From: Bdellovibrionales bacterium
GTDB lineage: Bacteria > Bdellovibrionota > Bdellovibrionia > Bdellovibrionales > UBA1609
Direction of reading: 5' to 3'
Length of the DNA: 64,000 bases
Assembly: GCA_965243065.1 (NCBI GenBank)
Contig: CBDETO010000005.1
Span: forward strand, 987,520 to 1,051,519
Shown here: positions 30,401 to 37,245 of the stretch, in pieces
Layout of the letters: every line of letters starts with the position of its first letter
Position numbering within the stretch: position 1 is the stretch's first letter
Made by a program: the position numbers and the translations under genes
Notes under the pieces: generated by a model
What the model was told of the DNA's origin: nothing
Seen by the model: only the letters and a program-made list of their open reading frames with translations
Databases searched by the model: none

Positions 30401-30810
30401 TCTTGCATTTTAAATAAATTGAGATCCACTTGTTCTATTCCATAAAAATCTGCCGGTGGTTTAACAAGAGAACAAATACCATAAGTATTTACCTTATTCT
30501 TCGTCTTGGGAGTTTCTCCGTTTTCATCCAGGTTTTTTTCTATTAACAGAGACTTCATCCCATTAATAATCCTGGCTTTCAAAATGGGCTTATAGTGCAC
30601 TTGCTCGACAGTACTTTGGCTGGTTTTCCTAACATTACTGGTATAATGCACTAAGCCTGTTCCACTGATGACCAGTAAAGAAAAAGCCACAAGACTCCCC
30701 ATGACCGAAAAACCTTTAGTAGAAAAAAAGAGAGAAGTTTCAGAAGCTCTCTTCCTTTTAGAGAACATAAAGAAACAACCGGAAAATCTAAACATTCTTT
30801 TTTTTGCCAT
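27475..30810 (-). CDS. very large minor-pilin-like / pilus-associated surface protein (1111 aa)
   Basis: N-terminus STKG|FSVMGSLVAFSLLVISGTGL is a prepilin-like hydrophobic helix lacking Glu5 (GspK/PilX-like). The remainder is Cys-rich with no domain I can name. It is the last gene of the 35764->27475 cluster. Confidence 0.5.
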   Translation of the reverse strand: MAKKRMFRFSGCFFMFSKRKRASETSLFFSTKGFSVMGSLVAFSLLVISGTGLVHYTSNVRKTSQSTVEQVHYKPILKARIINGMKSLLIEKNLDENGETPKTKNKVNTYGICSLVKPPADFYGIEQVDLNLFKMQDKSSWNKSRWKYFFSKSEWELLSGNAAKEKCRKINASFSNNNLSRCLVYRGSEETAGMVIYAIAQIIPKVFPQFNSIDIHQQRGSLIDSKRVVFYLRTELMREGMLDEGLTTYKSSSSDIVWANEIGECNITAVDGKKTIVKFSGTGPGTTFNRNVFNSPIFSGHSRKLEILNINEDIVQAGRVENFDLFALSGLNTKVSCVKNKFKCRQELLNDSADYDDLQFTFNVINYKPRSLPIKAINVTLKKGNSELDGTDDGVLESGTLSLYHSSNKGKRIEGNKNNIKFNIPRGASSFEVMTDIAPVCQEICKTYKPTEEASYVYPVINIHEDKKNGMIFEKDYSSDVSNGNDVSNRVRCTVCHMKACHRYGLGTFGPYNTEKSIVTTQNQQGSQQFIYGLADEPLDGQVPECSIKDKYRYIRNLPSTAANQGALYDPGDNGCKGIAVKNFNSLDSFKDFRDTQYEAVKCTSKLPVLCFVNGHYYPAMRLSNNTTQPLQWITAPFRDAQKICFEMGREKGRYYDLAILLFNTYQPNDNGNSAQKAISAVTALPGDNTSSFTLENPSNLKFNFINNVSRGLFLAPPPLNLSILPTSIEEVIKAFISSEVARRAGYKLWTAMEWDAGGAVVASPPWALVAKDAPFSLYFSKANAHSPILLRDDSESFSDEQYMALSHNIRWKGLSPQPASEELPFVCQKKSGSNKDHFFISNTKGKATEGVEKCNMYGGRFVPPESSMDWVKAMLALNSNDDQYPYPNPGVSDSDMPPNSFLYQKTVANPMAWVALRHRYENGTAAQENPPFVKNLRLSRPWPMGSIFLKSKRSEARNAVRTAGTYMTTKGVVGSLNLPDINSITSTRRCRRYNGWGGCSSGSVLGESPYYCKVSHSLIDMGKYYRLCVKNKLPYSLRKLTESCPSGTTSVDLKSGKGAFEPLGIQYMIKYWDNIDSSDNKQIILYDVEDTKQKIEDINKKITQLQNSSC

Positions 30811-30849
30811 AACATGAACCCATAAATATCATTCAAACTTTTTAACAAG

Positions 30850-32343
30850 TTAATGAGGGGGAATGTATCGCACTATAGTTGTAAGAAAATCAAAAGTTTT
30901 AACAGTAACAGTACTCTGTAATGTAACAGACTGTTCTACCTTTTTAGGGTAAAACACTCTCCTAGGCTCAATATGCGGGTATAAACAAACCCCACCTGAA
31001 CCACATGATGTATTAACTGAATATTGATTATTGCAAGAACCGGGTATTTGTTTTCTATTGCCAAAACTATCCGTACTGCGCTCCACACAAATCCCTATCG
31101 GTGTAAATAAAGACCCTACCCTGTAAGTAAGAGACATAAGGGGCTGGGCATGCACATTAATACTGCTGGAAGAAGTCGTACTGGTACTAGTAAAAGGGTT
31201 AACTCCCCGAAACTGTCCACGGGGAACTCGATTTAAGGGAAATGGAGAATTATTAATCTCTATAGTTGTAGTTTGACTTGTTATTTTATACCTTACTTTC
31301 TCCGTACAAGTAACTCTGTCCTGAACGATAAATGACTCTCCCGGGTGAACCACTTCTTTACCATCTCTTTCCAACAAATCATCAGTCACTTGGTAGAATT
31401 TAAGCGGATCTCCCTTTTTATCCTTTTCCACTATAGATGTCTGCTCTCTTAACAAAGATAAAGCATAAATGACACCAGGTCCGTTGTTGGTTAATTTCAT
31501 CTGTAGATTAGAATATTCCTTCCCAGAAGGAGGTACAAATTCCCCACGGCATTCAGGATACCTGTACCCGGTATCACTAGAGGCACAGGTCAACTCACAT
31601 TTTGCATTACTCTCCAATGCCATAGTGACATGAGATAAAGGTCTCCTGATACCGGCATGGTGAAATTCCTGTTTTTCTCCTTCCGATTTAACTGCAACCA
31701 AAACAATATAAAAATCCTGATCGGCCTCCTTAATATACTCACACACAGAGTTAGGTATAGGCGCGTTCGTACCCTCATCTACACACTTTTGTTGATTAGG
31801 AGGAGTGCACTTTCCAGGTATCATTTTCAATGTCTTTTTATGCCGACATACGGCTGTAGGTATCTCCCCAATAAGATTTTGAATATAAGAGTCCTTCCAA
31901 TTCACCAGATTAAATTGGATGGTGTAATTCAGAGGCTTCCCGCCATTTAAAGTGGGTTCATTTTTTATCTGACCTTCTATCGTTAAAATATCCTTCCCAG
32001 CTACTTTTGTTAATGCAGGTGAACTTAGGTTATAGTCCTGTAATCGAATAGTGCTGTCGTAGGTATTCCATTTACACAAAGCCGTCGTGTCTTTCCAACC
32101 TGTTTCTTTACATAAAACCAAATTATTGGCAACTAGATAACCTCCTAAAGTAAAACCATATTTAGCAGTAAGATGGCTTTCCCAATCTTCCTTATTTAAC
32201 TCTATGTTGGATAGAAACCAATTAATACTTTTTTGACTATGAAATATAGTAGATAACACGGCCCCGGATACCATCAAAGATAAAATAATAGCCGCACTTC
32301 CCGCTTTTTTTGAAAAATAATGAGTAGGTACAAAATTATCCAT
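30850..32343 (-). CDS. PilX-like minor pilin / pilus assembly protein (497 aa)
   Basis: N-terminus KKAGSAAIILSLMVSGAVLSTIF resembles the PilX N-terminal segment. Cys-rich extracellular part. Confidence 0.45.
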   Translation of the reverse strand: MDNFVPTHYFSKKAGSAAIILSLMVSGAVLSTIFHSQKSINWFLSNIELNKEDWESHLTAKYGFTLGGYLVANNLVLCKETGWKDTTALCKWNTYDSTIRLQDYNLSSPALTKVAGKDILTIEGQIKNEPTLNGGKPLNYTIQFNLVNWKDSYIQNLIGEIPTAVCRHKKTLKMIPGKCTPPNQQKCVDEGTNAPIPNSVCEYIKEADQDFYIVLVAVKSEGEKQEFHHAGIRRPLSHVTMALESNAKCELTCASSDTGYRYPECRGEFVPPSGKEYSNLQMKLTNNGPGVIYALSLLREQTSIVEKDKKGDPLKFYQVTDDLLERDGKEVVHPGESFIVQDRVTCTEKVRYKITSQTTTIEINNSPFPLNRVPRGQFRGVNPFTSTSTTSSSSINVHAQPLMSLTYRVGSLFTPIGICVERSTDSFGNRKQIPGSCNNQYSVNTSCGSGGVCLYPHIEPRRVFYPKKVEQSVTLQSTVTVKTFDFLTTIVRYIPPH

Positions 32344-32383
32344 AGCAATATTACCTTAATAGCCACAGAAAACACAAAAGCCT

Positions 32384-32404
32384 GTCCTCGTGAAAGCGAG
32401 GATC
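32384..32404. repeat. hairpin repeat family member (GTCCTCGTGAAAGCGAGGATC)
   Basis: Stem-loop just upstream of the PilX-like gene. Confidence 0.5.
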
Positions 32405-32622
32405 AAATAAAATTAGTCACGAACATATTTTACAACATGACATTTCTACCATTACAAAGATTTTTTTTCGTTTTTCGATAAACCCCACTAAAAATCTCAT
32501 AATGATACAAAGTGCTGTAAAATAAATAGTCACTTTTCCCGAGTTCGACACAGAGCAATACATAGTGGTTTTATGCAAAAACTAAACACCTCTTTAGTAG
32601 CTCCCCATCCCATGAAAACATT

Positions 32623-32831
32623 GTCATCCCCGCGAAAGCGGGGACCTCTTATAGGTAAAGCCGGATAATATGCTATGTTATTTGTCATCCCCGCGAAAGC
32701 GGGGACCTCTTATAGGTAAAGCCGGATAATATGCTATGTTATTTGTCATCCCCGCGAAAGCGGGGACCTCTTGATCGCTTAAAGGAAGGTATTAATTTAA
32801 GAGTTGTCATCCCCGCGAAAGCGGGGACCTC
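32623..32831. repeat. 4-copy hairpin-repeat array with exact 61-nt period (CRISPR-like geometry, probably not CRISPR)
   Basis: GTCATCCCCGCGAAAGCGGGGACCTC starts at 32623, 32684, 32745 and 32806. The intervening ~33-35-nt segments 1 and 2 are identical and segment 3 is unrelated. Confidence 0.85.
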
Positions 32832-32881
32832 ATCTTGACATATATCGAACTAGCATATATTAAATTCATTGTTTTTGCTCT

Positions 32882-35764
32882 TTAATTTTTATTCTTCTCG
32901 ACTTTTTGTTGTGCCTCTTCTATATCCTTAAGCTTTATTTTTAATTGTGTGAGTTCTTTTTGTTGCGATGTAAGTGCTTCCTGCTGTGATGTAAGGATTT
33001 CTTGTTGTAAAAGAATAAGGGTGTTTAATTTCTTTATCTCCTCTTTCTCTTTGGCCCATGTCTTTTTTATTTCCTCTATTTCGTTTATAATAACTGTTAC
33101 CTTTTCTGTAAGTGTTTTTATTGCCGACGAGGTATTTTCTTTAATGGCTATTACCTCCTCTGTTACTTTTTTTAATGCTGACAAAGTGTTTTCTTTAAAA
33201 CCTTCAAATTTAATAATTAAAGCTTTTATAGCAGCCCAAAAGGTCCCGTAAATAGAAGGCATATCTGGCATAGAAGGCTGGCCTTTGTCTTTAATCTGAA
33301 GATAATGGGGCAATTCCTCGGAAATAAAACCCATACGACTTTTATTTGGGTGGTCCTCTTTGTACTCATAAGTAAATAAAGGGGTCTTTTTTATATCTTT
33401 ATAAACTCTCTCAAAGTTTTTAAATTTTTTAATGTTTTTCTTATACACCCGAGAGGAGGGAGTGCCATGACTGTGACCCGCAGGAGCGTAGCCACTATGA
33501 CCATGACCGGATGGAGAGTAAGGATGAGTATGAGCATCTAGGGCATGGTGACCATTATGATTATGACCAGGCATGGAAGGACAAGTAGAACCACCACAGC
33601 TAAATACCCCCGAGGTGAGATTAATACCCCCTTCCACCTCAAGTCCATCTGCATGCACCTTTAGTTTTTTTGCAACATCTAAAGTCCCATGAATCACAGC
33701 CCCAGGAGAAGAGGGAATGAAAGGATTGGAGGAGGGGGGGGCACTCGTATTTAACTTTCCTAAAATTAAGTTTCCGATATTCAGTTGGTTGGATCCTGTT
33801 TTGCTAATTCCCACATGGGATCCAGAATTAGGTGGCCCTACCTCACTCCCTATATATATGTTTTCATTACCTGAAGTATTATATATACCTGCTTGAAATC
33901 CCAAGAAGGTATTTTTATCTCCCGTGCAGTTCACAGACCAAGCCTGTCTTTCTGCTTCACCGCCAGGGTCAACCCAAAGATATGTAAATGGAGTGGAAGG
34001 TATGCATATCCCAGCATTACCTCCTAAAAACACATTTTGTTTTCCTGTCCCATAAAATGCCCCCGAGTGAAATCCTACAAAAGTATTTTCACCCGCTTTA
34101 TTAAAATACCCCGATCCTCCACCTACATAAAGATTATGAATAGATGTTTCATTATATTTTCCTGTTGCAGCTCCTAAGAAAGTATTCTGTGATCCTGTTA
34201 TATTCGACCTACCCGCATCCATCCCTAAAAAGGTATTCCAACGAGCTGTATTTGAGTTTTGACCCGCTCGTGCCCCTATATAGGTATTACCCACGCCAGT
34301 TGCATTAAGTCTTCCTGCCTTGTGACCTATAAAAACATTGTGAGAAGCTTCAAAAATACTACTGGTTGTGTCATCTTCTGTGGTGTATTTACCCGCTTCG
34401 TGCCCCACAAAGACATTGTTCCGCGCAGTTGTAGCACTAAAACCTGCATAACGACCTATATAGACATTTTCATCCCCTGTAGTATTAGAGTGGCCTACAG
34501 CAGCACCTATAAAGATGTTACTTTTACCGGTGGTATTAAAATAACCTGCATTACTACCCAAAAAAACATTGCTACTACCCAAAGTATTGGCATAGCCTGC
34601 TTGATAACCTACAAAAGTGTCGTTACTACCCAAAGTATTAGAATAACCCGTATGATAACCCATAAAAACATTAAATGCTCCTTTCTGATTAACAACTGTA
34701 CCTGGTATAGTATTAATCCCCGACTCAAATCCAAAGGCCGTCACCGTGCTGACAGGTATCTTTGAGGTGCCCCCACAACCTATTAAAGCTCTTCCTTTGC
34801 CCAATTCTGAACCAGGAGAAATTAAACGTTCAACACTATCAGGGTGTACATTCTGAGTTATAGAAGGCCCATCAAAATCCACCGTATAACAAGAGATATT
34901 GTCCCCACCTACGCAATTTAAAGTATCACAGGCTACGACATCCGGGTTACTCGCCACATTCTCCAACCTATAATCCAGATCACATTCCAAAAAGTAACAC
35001 CCGCTCGTATCACTGCTGGTACAATCACCCCCATCTAATGTGTTTAAATCCTTTGTCTGCTTCTTGCTGTAATACACCACAAATTTTCTATTTACTGTAG
35101 CTGTCTTAGGGTTCTGAGTTGCATCACCTGTAAGTTCTAGCTTTACAATATCCAAGTTCCCCTTAAAAGACTTCCCCTCCTCCAGCAAGGCCACACCATC
35201 TTGCTCCAACTTACTAATCGTGCCTATCCCCTTTTGACTGTTACTCCCTGTAAGTCTGCCCGCTTCCGGCTTTAAATTAGCCTTACAGTAATTATCATTT
35301 GTAAGAATGTTATTTACGGCTATTCGTAACTCCTGCTCAGAAAAAGTCCCTCTTACCACCTGAGAAGACTGCATAGATACCGTGGCTAATTGCAGGGTCC
35401 CCACAGTAATCACCGCCATTAAACCTATGACTACCAGAATCTCCAATAAGGAAAATCCACCTTTGTTGCAAAGCTGGCCCAGAGAAAACAAAGATGGCTT
35501 CCCGTTTCCGCAGTCTATCCAGGAAAACAATTTCCAAGGAAACAAGCTTGATACTGGATCAGATGGATTCCCGCTTCCGCGGGAATTGCACCTGCTCACT
35601 TTCGTAAGGACTAGCCTCGAGGGGAGCTTTGTCCCCGCTTCCACTTTCGAAAGCTTTGCGGAAAATAACCGGATGAATATACCTGAAGTTAGTTCTCTGA
35701 ATGAATGAATGAATGAATGAATGAATGAATGAATGATTTTTTCACACTTCTTACTTCCCTGCAA
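32882..35764 (-). CDS. type IV pilin-like N-terminus fused to tail-fibre-like repeats, HxH cluster, S74-type intramolecular chaperone domain and coiled coil
   Basis: NKGG|FSLLEILVVIGLMAVITVG prepilin motif at codons ~100-125. G/N/T-rich 13-16-aa repeats. GHNHNGHHALDAHTHPYSPSGHGHSGYAPAGHSHG. SSRVYKKNIKKF...LFTYEYK...RMGFISEELP. Start ambiguous: TTG 35764 (longest ORF) or TTG 35491 (GGGAAG 6 nt upstream, 12-aa leader). Confidence 0.7.
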   Translation of the reverse strand: MQGSKKCEKIIHSFIHSFIHSFRELTSGIFIRLFSAKLSKVEAGTKLPSRLVLTKVSRCNSRGSGNPSDPVSSLFPWKLFSWIDCGNGKPSLFSLGQLCNKGGFSLLEILVVIGLMAVITVGTLQLATVSMQSSQVVRGTFSEQELRIAVNNILTNDNYCKANLKPEAGRLTGSNSQKGIGTISKLEQDGVALLEEGKSFKGNLDIVKLELTGDATQNPKTATVNRKFVVYYSKKQTKDLNTLDGGDCTSSDTSGCYFLECDLDYRLENVASNPDVVACDTLNCVGGDNISCYTVDFDGPSITQNVHPDSVERLISPGSELGKGRALIGCGGTSKIPVSTVTAFGFESGINTIPGTVVNQKGAFNVFMGYHTGYSNTLGSNDTFVGYQAGYANTLGSSNVFLGSNAGYFNTTGKSNIFIGAAVGHSNTTGDENVYIGRYAGFSATTARNNVFVGHEAGKYTTEDDTTSSIFEASHNVFIGHKAGRLNATGVGNTYIGARAGQNSNTARWNTFLGMDAGRSNITGSQNTFLGAATGKYNETSIHNLYVGGGSGYFNKAGENTFVGFHSGAFYGTGKQNVFLGGNAGICIPSTPFTYLWVDPGGEAERQAWSVNCTGDKNTFLGFQAGIYNTSGNENIYIGSEVGPPNSGSHVGISKTGSNQLNIGNLILGKLNTSAPPSSNPFIPSSPGAVIHGTLDVAKKLKVHADGLEVEGGINLTSGVFSCGGSTCPSMPGHNHNGHHALDAHTHPYSPSGHGHSGYAPAGHSHGTPSSRVYKKNIKKFKNFERVYKDIKKTPLFTYEYKEDHPNKSRMGFISEELPHYLQIKDKGQPSMPDMPSIYGTFWAAIKALIIKFEGFKENTLSALKKVTEEVIAIKENTSSAIKTLTEKVTVIINEIEEIKKTWAKEKEEIKKLNTLILLQQEILTSQQEALTSQQKELTQLKIKLKDIEEAQQKVEKNKN
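35495..35655. repeat. cluster of hairpin repeat units inside the 5' leader of the pilin-fibre ORF
   Basis: GGATTCCCGCTTCCGCGGGAATTGCA (35565-35590), GTCCCCGCTTCCACTTTCGAAAGC, GGCTTCCCGTTTCCGC. Confidence 0.65.
35698..35736. repeat. tetranucleotide simple-sequence tract (TGAA)9+TGA; (ATTC)9 on the coding strand
   Basis: Counted directly. Translated in the track ORF as IHSFIHSFIHSF. Confidence 0.95.
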
Positions 35765-35953
35765 GAGTTTTTTTCTTTCCCGTATTAGAAATTATATCAG
35801 ATAAATCTTTAAAAAATCAAATTTTTTATTTTTCATGTCCCATGTAGGAAAAAATCTCAAAAAAACTCCCCCCTTACCCGGCTTATACAAGTCAGGAATC
35901 CCCATTCCCCTCTTTCATGGACTAAAATCTTGCTAGTTAAGGAACCATCTTTC

Positions 35954-36000
35954 AGTACATTGATAATTGGTCTTGACTAATTATCAATGTACTTTAAAAT
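35954..36000 (+). promoter_or_regulatory. sigma70-like promoter (TTGACT-N16-TAAAAT) embedded in a perfect 15-bp inverted repeat; putative operator
   Basis: AGTACATTGATAATT (35954-35968) and AATTATCAATGTACT (35979-35993), with TTGACT at 35973-35978 and TAAAAT at 35995-36000. The ATG of the next gene is at 36007. Confidence 0.5.
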
Positions 36001-36006
36001 AAAGCT

Positions 36007-37185
36007 ATGTTGAAACCAAGGTATTTACAATCGGCTATACAAAAGGATGCTTTAAAAGATCGTAAAATGGCTTTTATAAGTGGCCCCAGACAGGTGGGAA
36101 AAACCACTTTAGGAAAGCAACTTTTAAAAGATAAAAACAATTATTTTTCTTGGGATCAAACAGAATTTAGAAAAACATGGGTTAAATTTCCGGAAAAAAT
36201 ATTAGAAAACATTGGTATAGGTCCTATTCTTTTTGATGAAATTCATAAGGACAGAAAGTGGAAATCAAAAATTAAAGGTATTTACGATACCTATTCCGAA
36301 GAACTAGATATTTTAGTCACGGGAAGCGCAAAGTTGGATATCTACCGAAAAGGAAATGACAGCCTTCTAGGAAGATATATCCCTTATCGTTTGCATCCTT
36401 TTTCGGTTTCAGAATCTCGTACTCCACCCCATCCAGATGATATATTAAAAACATTTAAGATTTCTTATAATTGGAAAGACCTGATGGTATTGGGCGGGTA
36501 CCCCGAGCCTTTACTTTCTGGAAGAGAAAATAAAGCGCAAAGGTGGTCACGGCTCAGATTAGACAGATTAGCTTATGAAGATACCAGAGATATCAAGGTT
36601 TTATCTAACTTAAATGCGTTTAGAGTTTTATTGGATCTGATTCCTGAAAAGGTGGGATCTCTTTTTTCCTTTAATTCTTTAAAAGAAGATGTGGGTGTAG
36701 CTTATGCTACAGTGAGAGAGTGGGTTTTGTTATCTGAGTTGCTATATTATGGTTTTTTTGTCAAACCGTATTCAAAAGGTTTTAAAAGATCTATAAGAGC
36801 TGAACCTAAGTTTTACCTCTATGATATCTTACAAATTCCCAAATCCGAACATGCTAAACGATTAGAAAATTTAACAGCTCTTCATCTTATAAAAATCTGC
36901 CACTTTTGGACAGATACCGGTGCAGGACTTTTTGATTTATTTTTTGTCAGGGATAAAGAAAAAAGAGAAGTGGATTTTTTAATAACCAAAGATAAAAAAA
37001 CTTGGATGCTTGTAGAATGTAAATCACAATCAAAAAATATATCTCCCCTCTTACTTTATTACTCAAAACAACTAAAAACTCCTTTAAACTTTCAATTAGT
37101 TGATGAAAATAAGTACGACAAAAAGCACCGTATTCAAAATGTCAGAGTGATGGAGTATGAAAAGTTTTTTTCAGGCTTGATCTAA
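36007..37185 (+). CDS. AAA-type ATPase of the COG1373 / DUF4143 family
   Basis: 392 aa. Walker A GPRQVGKTTLGKQL, Walker B-like ILFDEIHK, and a C-terminal restriction-endonuclease-like REVDFLI...VECK. Confidence 0.7.
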   Translation: MLKPRYLQSAIQKDALKDRKMAFISGPRQVGKTTLGKQLLKDKNNYFSWDQTEFRKTWVKFPEKILENIGIGPILFDEIHKDRKWKSKIKGIYDTYSEELDILVTGSAKLDIYRKGNDSLLGRYIPYRLHPFSVSESRTPPHPDDILKTFKISYNWKDLMVLGGYPEPLLSGRENKAQRWSRLRLDRLAYEDTRDIKVLSNLNAFRVLLDLIPEKVGSLFSFNSLKEDVGVAYATVREWVLLSELLYYGFFVKPYSKGFKRSIRAEPKFYLYDILQIPKSEHAKRLENLTALHLIKICHFWTDTGAGLFDLFFVRDKEKREVDFLITKDKKTWMLVECKSQSKNISPLLLYYSKQLKTPLNFQLVDENKYDKKHRIQNVRVMEYEKFFSGLI

Positions 37186-37245
37186 ATAATCAGTATTGAA
37201 ATGGGTCATTTTTTTACCAGTTAGGTACAAAAAAATTCTTCTAGT

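Noticed and set aside
27475-30810. C-type-lectin-like domain in the 1111-aa protein (CNMYGGRFVPPESSMDWVKAMLAL ... MAWVALRHR)
   Set aside because: The resemblance rests on a few residues only, and I cannot support it without a profile search.
32623-32831. Calling the 4-repeat, 61-nt-period array a CRISPR locus
   Set aside because: No cas genes lie in 64 kb. Two of the three spacers are identical. The repeat core belongs to the hairpin family dispersed all over the window. It is kept as a repeat feature and a finding, not as CRISPR.
34259-34765. 168-aa + strand ORF inside the pilin-fibre gene; likewise 29227..29604, 29783..30067, 31657..31950, 32949..33251 and 35382..35708
   Set aside because: They are antisense to long, motif-supported minus-strand genes. 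Their composition mirrors the repeat region, they have no motifs, and there is no independent start context.
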